Positions 23,401 through 34,900 of a stretch of 64,000 nt of DNA are shown piece after piece. Below the pieces are notes generated by a model. It had not been told where the DNA came from. It searched no databases and worked only from the letters and a program-made list of their open reading frames with translations. A program made the position numbers and the translations under genes. The stretch is from NCBI RefSeq assembly GCF_022539665.2, contig NC_081332.1, forward strand, positions 4,712,001 through 4,776,000, given 5' to 3'. This DNA comes from Daphnia carinata. Lineage: Eukaryota. Numbering within the stretch: the first letter of the stretch is position 1; each line of letters opens with the position of its first letter.

Positions 23401-24550
23401 TTACTATTGTTTCAATGAACCTAGACGACATTCAAGTTAACCCAAGGTCAAAAGCAAAGCCCACTTAACAGTCGATCCATTTCCCTGGGAGTTTTGAGCT
23501 CTTTTGTTTCGCAGTTCGATGTACACGTTGGGATGGCGTGTCATCAAAGAAACTCTTAAGTCGATTGCTTCTCTTTCATTGCCTAAAAAATATCAATTTC
23601 AAAAGATGTGAATCGAATATCTTTTGTCTGGACTCTATTAACTTCAGAATTCAAATTATTCCCGTTAAATAAATAATGACAATGGCAATTGCTGAAAGTA
23701 ACTTCTCTCACGCAGAAGGTCTTTGTAATATTTATGTCGCTTGTTGTCACTGTCTTGCCATCTACATTTTGTGTTTGCCATCGACATTGTTGTGTCTGTA
23801 TGTAGTAATTGGGTCCGCTAAGCTTGTTATTGCATCGACCTGAAGATGCTCAAGTCAATGTTTGCTTGCCGTCTAGTCTTTTAGAAGTGGGTAAAACCTT
23901 ATCGTCCACCTCCTAAACTCCCGCATTTGTCATATCGTTCTATATTATTATGACGATTAACGACAGGCCCTTGCGGGTAGGTTCATCCTTTTGTCATCGA
24001 GTTTATACATAGTTGCAACTTTTACTCCTATAATCCAGCATGTATCAACTAATATGATGGATACATGTGTACCCGACGGTATCAACGGGACGACACTCCC
24101 GAACAGATCGATCAGGATGGGAGGGGGGGGGGGAGGCTTTATAGCATCGAATAAACCCAGCACATCCATTATGATTCACGTCTCGCGTCTTTTGTTTTTT
24201 GGTCAAAATTTATTGTTCCATGCTGAACTTTTCATAGAAGACGGACATGGAAGGCTGGAAAAGCTTTCGCTGTCGCTCAGGCAAGACGCTCATAATACCA
24301 CACGCCAGTTCCCGCTCGCTCACGCTGATGATCGCGAGAATTCAAAAAGACTTGTCTTTCGTACGCAGTACATCGCTGGGTTCAAAAAAAAAAGAAAAAG
24401 ATGGAAGAGTTCTGCAACATTTCTCCCACGTTTTTCTTTTTTGTGGGGCCTCCAGCATATCCAATCACCATCGTCCAGCATAGAACAACATGGTAAACGT
24501 TTCGTCACCGTCAGTCTTAGAAATTGGGTCCCATATGTTAGTAATGTGGG
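20500..24550 (-). pseudogene. Decayed multi-exon coding relic (pseudogene or TE/viral remnant) antisense within the putative CAPS 5' intron
   Basis: A run of protein-like minus-strand ORF pieces broken by stops and frameshifts (e.g. 21086-21446 EKGDLIRRSIIHNFRPLKAGFPEMDTSHNSYKQILFSTLRRRHFMHPRLHNLIMEFASYAHLRKTHHLRVTERIVAAMNDNEIYVG...). Minus-strand donors GTAAGT near 21835 and 23298, a short intron-like gap near 23913-23961, and fewer homopolymer tracts than the flanks. No family recognised. Confidence 0.3.
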
Positions 24551-26313
24551 GCGAGAAACAGCGTCGGGGAACAATTTCTCTGATGTATAGCGTCATTAAA
24601 AAGGAAACCTTGAGTACTCCCGCCTTTCCATCTTGTAACTATCATTTTTCTTTAATGACAGTAACTCTTTTCTTTTACAGTCTAATAATAATGATGATTT
24701 CAACCATTATGCTAGGGTAGTAATAGCCAACCTTGTATTGTCCTTTGGAATGGACTATTCTTTTCACCCCAACAGATGAGGCTTTTGTATCGATCAGCTT
24801 TTATGAAAATGCGTTCCGTGCGTATACTGTTTTGCCCTCTTCGAACGTATCGATAAACAGCGATGCTATATGTGTACCCATCTAGTTATCGCGCGAGGGC
24901 CTCTCTCTGCGAAAGAAAGGGGGAAATGGTGTTGTATAAAAACCAGCAGCTATCAGCCAAGTGGAACCAAACTATCGAGTCGTAACGCCCCGAATAAAAA
25001 CAAAAAAAGTCAATCGATTTCCCTCCTCCATGTTGGGATCTCTCCTCTTTCATTGGTATGGGCTAAAAAGTACCACCCTTTTTTTTTCTCGATAGGGTCG
25101 ATAAGAAAAAAGAGGAAAAACAATTCTATATATTTTTATTTTTTGTCTGTCGATTTTTGAGCACTTATGGGAATGTGTACTGGACAAGCCAATAACTTGC
25201 TCCATATGCGGCTAAGTTTGTAAAGGAACTTGTACATAAGAGCTGCAATGTATACTTTATCAATCATAACCAGGGCAGAATAAGCTGCTTAATTCGCTGT
25301 ATACACATGAAACGTTTCCTAATCGAATGACGTCAAAACGAATTTGAGTCCAGGAGACTACAGTACGTATATATATTTATATATATACTCATACTGCTTG
25401 CCTGATGGATGTTTGAGTGCTGCGCCATACAGGCTCCATTACGTCCTCGGCGTTATGTGTAAGTGCATTAGGCACTCTCTTTTTTCTTTCTTTGTAAACA
25501 GTAGCTCCGCACGATCCCTCATCACTGCCGTATTTATGCCCGTCTACTGTAACGTAACCCCATGTACATGTAATAATCATTCGACGTTGCCGTCAGCAAA
25601 GTCTCCCTCCTTTTTTTTTTTAACGTCCGGTAATGAAAGATATGGCACCCTCCTACTCTTATTTTCATTTAATATAGAGCATAACAAAATGTATATTTTG
25701 ATATCTTCTCGATCGTCAACTGGGCTTTTTACAGCCCGAAACACCCGAGATTTTTAATAGCCTCGTTCCCCGTTTTGCGCCGTTTCGCCCGCCCCCGTCC
25801 TCATCGTTTACATACGCACGACAATAAATCCACGGATCGATTGAAAGTTTGTGCGTGAAGGATTCGTAACGGTTCTGTTTGCGCGACGGTGCTGAAAAAT
25901 ACAAACGAACCACAATGACACATTCACGCAATCGACTTACCAATTCAAGGGGGAATGCAGAACGTTTGGCCTATGCTCGATTTTCCCTTAATCTATTTCT
26001 AATGGCCTTTTCAAATATACCTTTTCATGCGTGCCACATAACATTGGTTATTCTAATTTTGTATTCCATTTTCCATCCATCATTTTCAAAGCCAAATGTA
26101 TGGGGCTTACTTTGTTTTGCGATTGATACTTCCATTTGATATTTAAAGACAATTCGATCAGAAAGCCAAATGTTTGATCCTGCCTTGTCGTACGATCCTT
26201 TGTTCTTATGTGCAATGACGTTCCTTGCCATCTCTTATTCTTTATTGGTTCATATTGTGTTTATTAGGAAGCAGAAAGCGAGCAAAGAGAATCCGGTTAC
26301 CTGAGTCGGTATC

Positions 26314-28960
26314 ATGATTGACCCCAGCTCTTCCGAAGAGGAAACGGATGAGGAGGGAGTTGAGGAGCCACATCAACATCATCGTCATCACCATCATTCG
26401 CAAAGGGCCGCCAAAGGCCAAGATGTTGGCGGCTCGTTTGCAGGAGGTCCCAATAACACATTTGGGATAGCTCCTGGACAGCTTGCAGGTCATGGCAACA
26501 GCAATCTTGGCATCGGTGGCAATGGGGCAGGAGCTGCATCCAGTACAGCTGCAACGTCGTGGGGAGGAGGAGGAGCTTCCAACAGCCTGGATGTCCCTCA
26601 GTCGTCGGGCAGTCTGCCCAGGTAAAGCATTGATCTCCTTATTCCTCCCTTTTCTTCTTAGTTTGAATGTCTTTGTCCGGCCGATAAGGGCCCAAAGAAG
26701 TGGAGCGTCTGACTCCTTTTGAAGCGAAATTGATCCATGTCGTCTTCGTCGTATGACGTCAATGCAAGAGCTGGATGTGTTTTGTTTGTTTTGTTTTTTC
26801 CCCCATCTTGACCTAACCGATAGGATTCATGTCTGTAAGATGGCGTCGAAAACTGGAAGATACATTGATGTGTAGGAAAGTGGGGGGGGGGGGGAGGGAG
26901 GACGTAGTTGATGTAGACACGAGGTGAATGACAAGCCCTCATCGTCGCTCGCTTTGACTGAGCGAGTCTGGCTACCAAAACGAATTTGTCAAGACCCGCA
27001 AGAGACAAGATACTCGAGGGGAACGCGTGACCTGATCTTTTATTCCTTTCTGGCACTTCTCCTTTTTTTTTTTTTTTTTTTTCACCTATAGAGCATGTGA
27101 TCCAATCAAGCTCCGGGGGGCGCAACTGGGGCTGCGTGTATACATACGTGACTTATTCGCTCTAGTAGAAGCTATTTTGACGCCTCGGGTCGACTAAAGA
27201 CAACAGCGCAAGAGTTAGTTAGAGTCAAACAAGGAGGGGGAGGATAGACTAACAACAAAGGAATGTGCGCCGAATTGGACACACTCGGAATTATTATTTT
27301 CATTTTCTTTTGTGTTTCTATCGTCATCACGCAAGGGCATCGGAGTACGAACACAAAGTCAATTGGTTTACACGTAGAATAATGCCAACTAAGGGGGGAG
27401 GGGGGACCCGATGCTCCGACGCATAACTTTTACTGGAAATATCCATAAATGTGGAGAAAAAGTTTTAGCTGAGCCCTCATCAGCTGGGAATTTTAAATGC
27501 GGGCTTGTTGTGTTCTCGTTTTTTCATTAGTTGGCCACACGTTTGCCGATCTGTTTCCCTAAAGGGAAATTCAATTGATTAAGTCGCAAATTCTACCGGT
27601 TTATGTGAAGGGGAAAACTCTCGACTGTTCATGTAGTTAACAGTTTTATTATTTTTTTTTTTCCTTCCTTTTGCGTGCCGTAATTTGATTGTCGAGAAAC
27701 CACTTGGCGAGTTTGCATTTGATAGATCCAATTTTATTTCTTTTTCCTCCCTTTTTTTTATAGCTCTCATTTTAATTCAAGGCACGCGGTGCCAATTCAA
27801 CCAATTCATTCCTGCCTTTTCTTTAGCCGTCATTTCCCGTCCGTGTAGTGTTGAAAATTGACGTAGAACGACTGGTCATAATGGCCAGAGTATTCGTCGA
27901 AACGAGAAAGTAGGTGACGTTTGCCAGTGTTATTTCGTTGCGATTCTAAACCGTAAAAATCAACAGTTGGTCGATAATATTTGCGCCGAAAGTCATTGCC
28001 ATTTATAGAAAGATCAATAAAAAAAAACAAAAATAGTCTTTTATTGACTGAAAAAGACTATTCGGCTGAAGAAACGATCACAACGGCTAATGAAATGCAG
28101 AAGCCTTTCATACGATTGAATCAGTACGTCTTTGTCTATTTTTTTGTGTTCCGTGTTGTTGGTTTTCTCTTTGATTCCATTTTCGGTCATCGTGTGCGAG
28201 GTTTCGTGATAAAAAAAAACTAGACAATGACACGGAAGATTGCCAAAGCCCCCCAGTTTACTCCAACAACACTGACAGATCGAGTTCCCTTGATAGTCTC
28301 GATAGACGGGGAACCCATCAACTTCAGCTCTCTCTTGATAGTGGATATTTAGTAACGTAATAGAATGAGTCCATCTGCATTTGTGTCAGCTGGAAAAATA
28401 GCAAAATGGAGTCGGGGATCAAGGAGGGACAGAATTGAACTGACGAAACATTTTAAGTTTAAATATCAACGTTAAATTGGATAGTGCACACGGCTCGATA
28501 AACATAACTCGGGTCCCTTCAGCGGGGCCTGATAAATCTGCTGCTCGGGCTGAGTTCAACTGGCAACGTGACAACTCTCAGTCCGATAATCGATCAGACA
28601 GCTGTGTATCCTCTGCCCAATAACCTCTTTAAATTTTTTCTCCTTTTATTTATTTACTTTTTTGTTTCCACTTCAAACGGACTGGAGAAAAAAGGGGGTT
28701 GGAAAAAGTTTATTGGATTCCCATCCGGAAAAGTGAGATGCGGATGAAAAGTTTCTTTCGAAGAAACGGCGTTGCCTTGTTCGCCATGTTGCCGATTGTC
28801 ACCTACTCCCGCACTGCGGTATATCACAAATCGAATTTCCCTTTTTTTTTTTTTAAGACGGAGACAGTCAAAAGACACAAGGCCAAGAGAAAAAAAGAAG
28901 GAAACTGTCACGTTGCTGCAACATCAATATCCGCAATCTTTTTTTGTGCGGATCACGGAA

Positions 28961-28994
<34 letters not shown>

Positions 28995-31900
28995 GTGATT
29001 TACTGTGGGGGAGTTGTTGTCAAAAGGGATGGATCACCTATTGTGATGACCCGTCGGGTAGATTGCCCACGCGGATAATGTCCGTCATTCAGCTGACCAG
29101 CAACTAGGAGACATTGATGTCCAATGAATCTTCCCTAGCACATCAAAAAAGCATTTCCGGTAAAGGTCGATCATATTTCCTTAAAAAGAAAAGAAAAATA
29201 TAATTCGATATCGCTTCCTGTCGTGATGGAACAGTGTGTCCGTCCTTTTTTTTTTTTTTTTTTTTTTTTTGTACCGCTCCCTCCGATTCATCAGTGTCGT
29301 TTTTTTTGTAGCGAAAGTTGGGTACGTAGCAATTGGACATAGCCGACGAGAATCTGATGGGGTCCCAAGTTTAACGTGGAAATGTAACGTCTGAATTCGG
29401 GTTTAGTCAAAGTCCGAAACAGATTGCAACTCGCCTGGCCAGTTTTGATGTATTTGAGTAATATACAACTTCAATAGAACTCGGGGCCTCTGGCCAGAAT
29501 TGAAGGGAACAGAGAAGAGTCCTGCAGGCGACGTTTGAAGTTCTCAGTGTAATATCGTACTCGGTATTTTATAATTTTTCTTCTCAATTTTTATTTTTAT
29601 TTTTTGCGAAGTAGGTCCGTATCGCCAGGGTTGGGGCCAGATGGCGGTACTTCCATTTCAACTACCGCAACCCTGCCGGCCCATTCGCCCTCGCTCAACT
29701 CCTCGCACCGCAGCGGATCCCTACCCAGGCCGTTATCGCCTTCGCCGTCGCTCTCCAGCGATAAAAACGAACAGGATTTTCAGGTGAAATTAAAATTCTT
29801 TGTTTCCCCCACTCTCTGTTGTTCCATGGTCTAAAGACTTAAATTCTGGGATCGTCAGGAACGCGAGGAAGAGGAGAGAAAGCGCCGGCTTCAGCTCTAC
29901 GTCTTCGTGTCGCGTTGTGTCGCGTACCCGTTCAACGCCAAACAACCGACCGACATGACCAAAAGGCAACTGAAAGTCTCCAAGCAACAGCTCGAGTCGC
30001 TCCAGCAACGTTTCCAGGTGCATTTTTATTATTTTATATATATTTTTTTCAAATGACTAGGATAATGTGGCCAAGTACATGGATGTTTGAAATCTTATGT
30101 CATCCGGGCAAAATGCAGAGCTTCCTGAAAGGCGAAACACCCATCCTGGCTGACGAAGCGTTCCACAATGCCGTTCAGAGCTACACGGAGCTGTTTTTAC
30201 GCTCCGATCGAGTTCTTCATGCCGTCACGGCTGGTGGCCTCTCGTCACAGGACTTTCGCGATGTGTTCCGGTTGAGTGTCGAACGTCGAGTTCGATCGTT
30301 GCCCGACATCGATGGTCTTTCCAAAGAGACGGTCCTAACATCTTGGATGGTTAAATTCGACGCCATCTTTAAAGGTTTTTTTCTTTTCTTTTCTTTCTTT
30401 GGATATGAAATTTAAATTGTACGTTGCTAAGCATTTTTCGTGAAGGGGAAAATTGGAATTGATGTACACGTGCGATAGGCATCTTTCATTTCAATGCCGT
30501 TCGCGTCAATGCAAATTTAATTTCTATTTGACTGGCCATCCCCATACAGAGGTCAATGAATAGACATGGCCTCGTCTTTTATTCGTATTTTAAAAAAAAA
30601 TAGTATTTAAGGGGTTTCTTTAAATGCGCGTTGCCTTTCTAATCCTTTTGTGGGGCTATAAAAGTTGGAAATTTGTGCTCGCAAGTGGCACATCATTAAA
30701 AAAAAACAAGTCGGGGAAAACTAGCCAAATGAGGAGCGCTTTCCCAGTGGAAAATGTTTCGATTCGTGAACCGGTTTTCTATTCGATGCATATTTTCTTA
30801 ACGAAGGAAACTAGCAAGAAAAGATGGTAGTTTCATATTCGACGGAAATCATTCTTTTCACAAACTGAACAAACTTTCATCTTTTTGTTCTTAAAAAATA
30901 AAAAGGCGTTGGCGAGGACGACTCGAGGAGGCCTGGAGGCGGCCCCAGATCTCAGCAGCAACAGCAGCAGCAGATGAACCAAAACCTACACAGCGAGTTG
31001 GCCTTGTCTAAAGAGCAACTCTACGACCTGTTCCAGCAGATCCTCGGTGTCAAAAAGTTTGAACACCAACTCCTGTTCAACGCCTTACAAGTTCGTACAT
31101 CCGCCCAACGCCAAAAATAATTCCTCTTTGCAAATGATACCACAATAATGCAACGCAAAAAATAACAATATTTTTCTTTCATGTTCTGGTGTTGACAGCT
31201 GGATTCGTCGGATGAACAAGCGGCCGCAATCCGGAGAGAACTGGATGGCCGACTACAAAAAGTAGCGGAAATGGAAAAGGTTCTTTTTCATCTCTTTCTG
31301 TATCAATGTATATCAGCGTGGAAGTGATATTCGATGCCCCATTTTGCCTCCAACCTTTCCATCTTACTTGTGTGCAGACACTCGGTATTCCGCTTTCACG
31401 GCCATTGACATGTGCCGGAGTGTCTGACTCACGATTGTTTCCTTCCATGCCGTCGTCTGTCTTCGATCTTAAAGATTGACGAAGAGATTCATTTTCTTCC
31501 CTTTCTTTTAAAAAATTTTCTTTTAGAACCGGAAACTGATGCCCAGGTTCGTCTTGAAAGAGATGGAGGTGCTGTACATTGAAGAACTCAAATCGTCCAT
31601 CAACTTGCTGATGGCCAATTTGGAATCGCTGCCCGTCAGTAAAGGATCGGCCGACTCGCGCTACGGACTGCAACGCTTCAAACGCTACAACGTCAGCGGG
31701 TAAAAAGGCTATTTCATCTTTATTTCTCTCTTTGATCTCTTTATTTCCAAACTATCGCCACCCAACTAATGTTATAACGAGCCATTATTACAGCCGATAG
31801 TAACTCCATCTTCTGCCATCGCTGCTCGCTTAATATTTCTTTTTGCCTTCTTTAAATCTAATCGTTTTCCTAATATTTTATCTTCTCCCCGTCAATTCGC

Positions 31901-34900
31901 CGCTGCTGTTGCTTGGCTACGCTCTCAGGAAACGGAGGAGCTCGTTGCTCAGGCAAGTGCATCGTGTTAGAAAGAAACTGAGTTTTTCTGATGTATCGTT
32001 TTTATTTTTATTTTTTATCCCGGCCTCTTACAACATGAGATAGCTATCATGTTTCCAATAACTAAAGTCAATATTGATAATCATTGGGAGGTCGGGGTAG
32101 AAAACAGGGGGCTTCGCCAATTGATAAATGAGCGTTTCCCGACTGTGTGTGTGTGCTTTTTCCTTGTTTGTTATTGTCGCTTGTGTGTGCGGAAGAAAAA
32201 CGGTCGGAATTCACCATAATTTGTTGCTTGTTTTTTCTCCCACACAGGTCTCAAGGATCGCTTTCAAGATTAGATCAGGATGGACCCGATGGAGAATCTA
32301 CCCTCTCTAAAATGGATATCGTCTTGTCTTTTACACTCGAGGTGCGTTTAATGCAAAATAATATTTAATATTTATGGCGAAATTAGAGTTTTGTGTGCAG
32401 GCCGGATGTCCGTTTTGCTTGCCAAAAAATTGCGTTTTTTTGCAAATGTACAACTTTTTGATGGATGTTTTTTTTTTTTTTTTTGCCAACCAGAAATCAT
32501 CGCTACAGCTTTCATCCGGAGAGCGCAATCTATATTTATGATCCGCCCTTTTTCTCTCTTTTTCCAGCTCTTCGTTCTATTTTCTCTTCTCCCTAATTCT
32601 TTATTCTTTTTCATTTCTCTTTCTCGCGGCTGTCCTATATCGCGGAAGCCGCATTTTTAGCTGGTAGACGCGCGCGGCGGCGGCGGCGTCATAGCTAAAA
32701 GCACAAAACGCACTAATCGATACAGACCGACCTCAAGTCACTGCTATTTTTTTTCCCCTCCATATCCATTTTCTTATTCGATGGTTTATTTTCGCCGTTT
32801 TAGTGCCCGCCATTCCTTGTTTTGAATGAAGAGATTTTTTTTTTCAACTATTTTGATGTTAGTTTGCTTATCAACGTGATATGTCTGATGGCAGCGAGTT
32901 GTCGAATCCTGGAGAAAAAAGTTTCGAAAAAAACAAAAGTACTGTATCGGCTCGTGTTAGCGTTCCTCTTCGCTCGGTTGCCTTTTTTCATCAAAGGCAG
33001 TCGTTGTTTAGCTAGAGCCCTTTGCAAGGTTCTTTCTCCGAATGGGCCTGTGTCCCTAGCTAATGAGCTAATAATCCCTGCAGCTGCATCTCCCTTCTAC
33101 TCTTCGGCCATATTGCATTCTCGAGTAACAGCAAAGAGGACAGCTCCCAACGTGATGAGTGGTCTAAAACTTGGCAGGAAATTGAAAGTTAAGAGACGAG
33201 CATAGCAAACGATCGCATTTTGAAAACTAACAAACTTTGACATTATCCCGAGTCCCAATGAAGTTGGCGGAGTTAAATGGGATGCTGGAACCATTTGAAT
33301 AGTTGGATAATCCTCTAACGAGCCTGTTGATGTAGAAGAATTGTCAACTAACGAACGGTACGTGTAAAAGCTGACTTTTGAAATCGTTCGCCGCTTCTTA
33401 CATTGTCAATTGGGAGGGGGGATAGCATAAAAAAAAGCCACACGCGTGATCCAATGAAAGCTGCACTACCAATCAGAGATAGTCTTCTTTTTTTTAGACA
33501 GAGTGTGGGCTTGCAGCTTCCTTCCTCTTCCTGGAAATATTCGCCATACTTTTTGGCAGTGGTTCATCGTTCGAAATCCGATTGGCTAAAGCCAATTCAG
33601 CAATAACGAAAACCTTATCTTCTTTTCTGTCTATTCGTTCTCAACCAACAGCAGCAGTCAGAGGCACATAATGGCTCCCGTTGGGCTCATATATTGACGA
33701 GACGTTCACACGCTAACTTTCTTTGCCTCTTTTTTTTTCTCATTTTCTTTGTATTCTTCTTCTTACCCGACGTCTTCTCGGCCTCTTCCGATGGCGCCTG
33801 AATCATTCAGATCGATCCGTTCTTGTATGACCCAAAAAGAAATGCTCTTTTATTCACTAGTTCCGTATGGAAATATGCGATTCAATTCTGCATTTAAATC
33901 CAACACTTTTGCAAACATTCGCATTCGCTTATTCACTGTTTATTTATTTATTTTTTTCGCTGACGAAATGTTTAGATTTAAAATGTTTTTCATTTTTTTT
34001 TTCTTTCTGCCGACAGGTCATTATCATGGAAGTGAAGGGATTGAAATCGCTGGCACCCAATCGCATCGTCTACTGCACGATGGAAGTCGAAGGCGGCGAG
34101 AAGTTGCAGACGGACCAAGCGGAAGCTTCGAAACCCATGTGAAAAATAATGCGCTATTTTTGTATACCTTTGTCTAATATTAATCGACATTTTCAACATA
34201 AAATTTCTAGGTGGGACACTCAGGGCGACTTTACCACCACCCATCCGTTGCCTCTCGTCAAGATGAAGCTCTTTGCCGAAGCCGAAGGCATGTTCGCTCT
34301 TGAGGACAAGGAGCTGGGACGGATCGTTCTACGTCCGACTCCTTTGGCTTCCAAGGTATTTTTCTCTTTACATGTTTATTCTATTTCTTTTTTTTTTCTT
34401 TTGCATTTTTCTCTTTGTTTGTTTTTCTAATTGTCAAGTTCCCCGAGTGGCACAAAATGGAAGTTCCTAAAAACGCCATCGACAAAGACTTGCGGATCAA
34501 AATCGCCTGCCGAATGGACAAGCCGCTCAATATGAAACATTGCGGGTGAGTTTAAAGCGTACATTTTTCGGGAGGGTGATTGTTCCGTACGTAGCCTAAC
34601 GCATTAATCGATACGCTTCTTCGATCCAACTGGCAATGTGACAGATAAGTCTAACTGCTTTCGTTCCATTCTCCAGGTACTTGTACGCTTGGGGCAAAGG
34701 CGTTTGGAAGAAATGGAAGAAACGCTATTACGTCCTTGTTCAGGTATCGCAATACACCTTTGCAATGTGCAGCTACAAGGAGAAGAAGACAGAGCCATCC
34801 GAAATGTTCCAGTTGGATGGCTACACAGTCGACTACATCGAGGCCGCCAGCGGTAAGGCCTTTTCAGCCTCGTATTATGAACGCATTTTCGGCTGTTGGG

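Noticed and set aside
23991..24590. 199-aa plus-strand ORF
   Set aside because: Runs through poly-G and poly-A tracts with no recognisable domain; more likely a shadow of the minus-strand relic.
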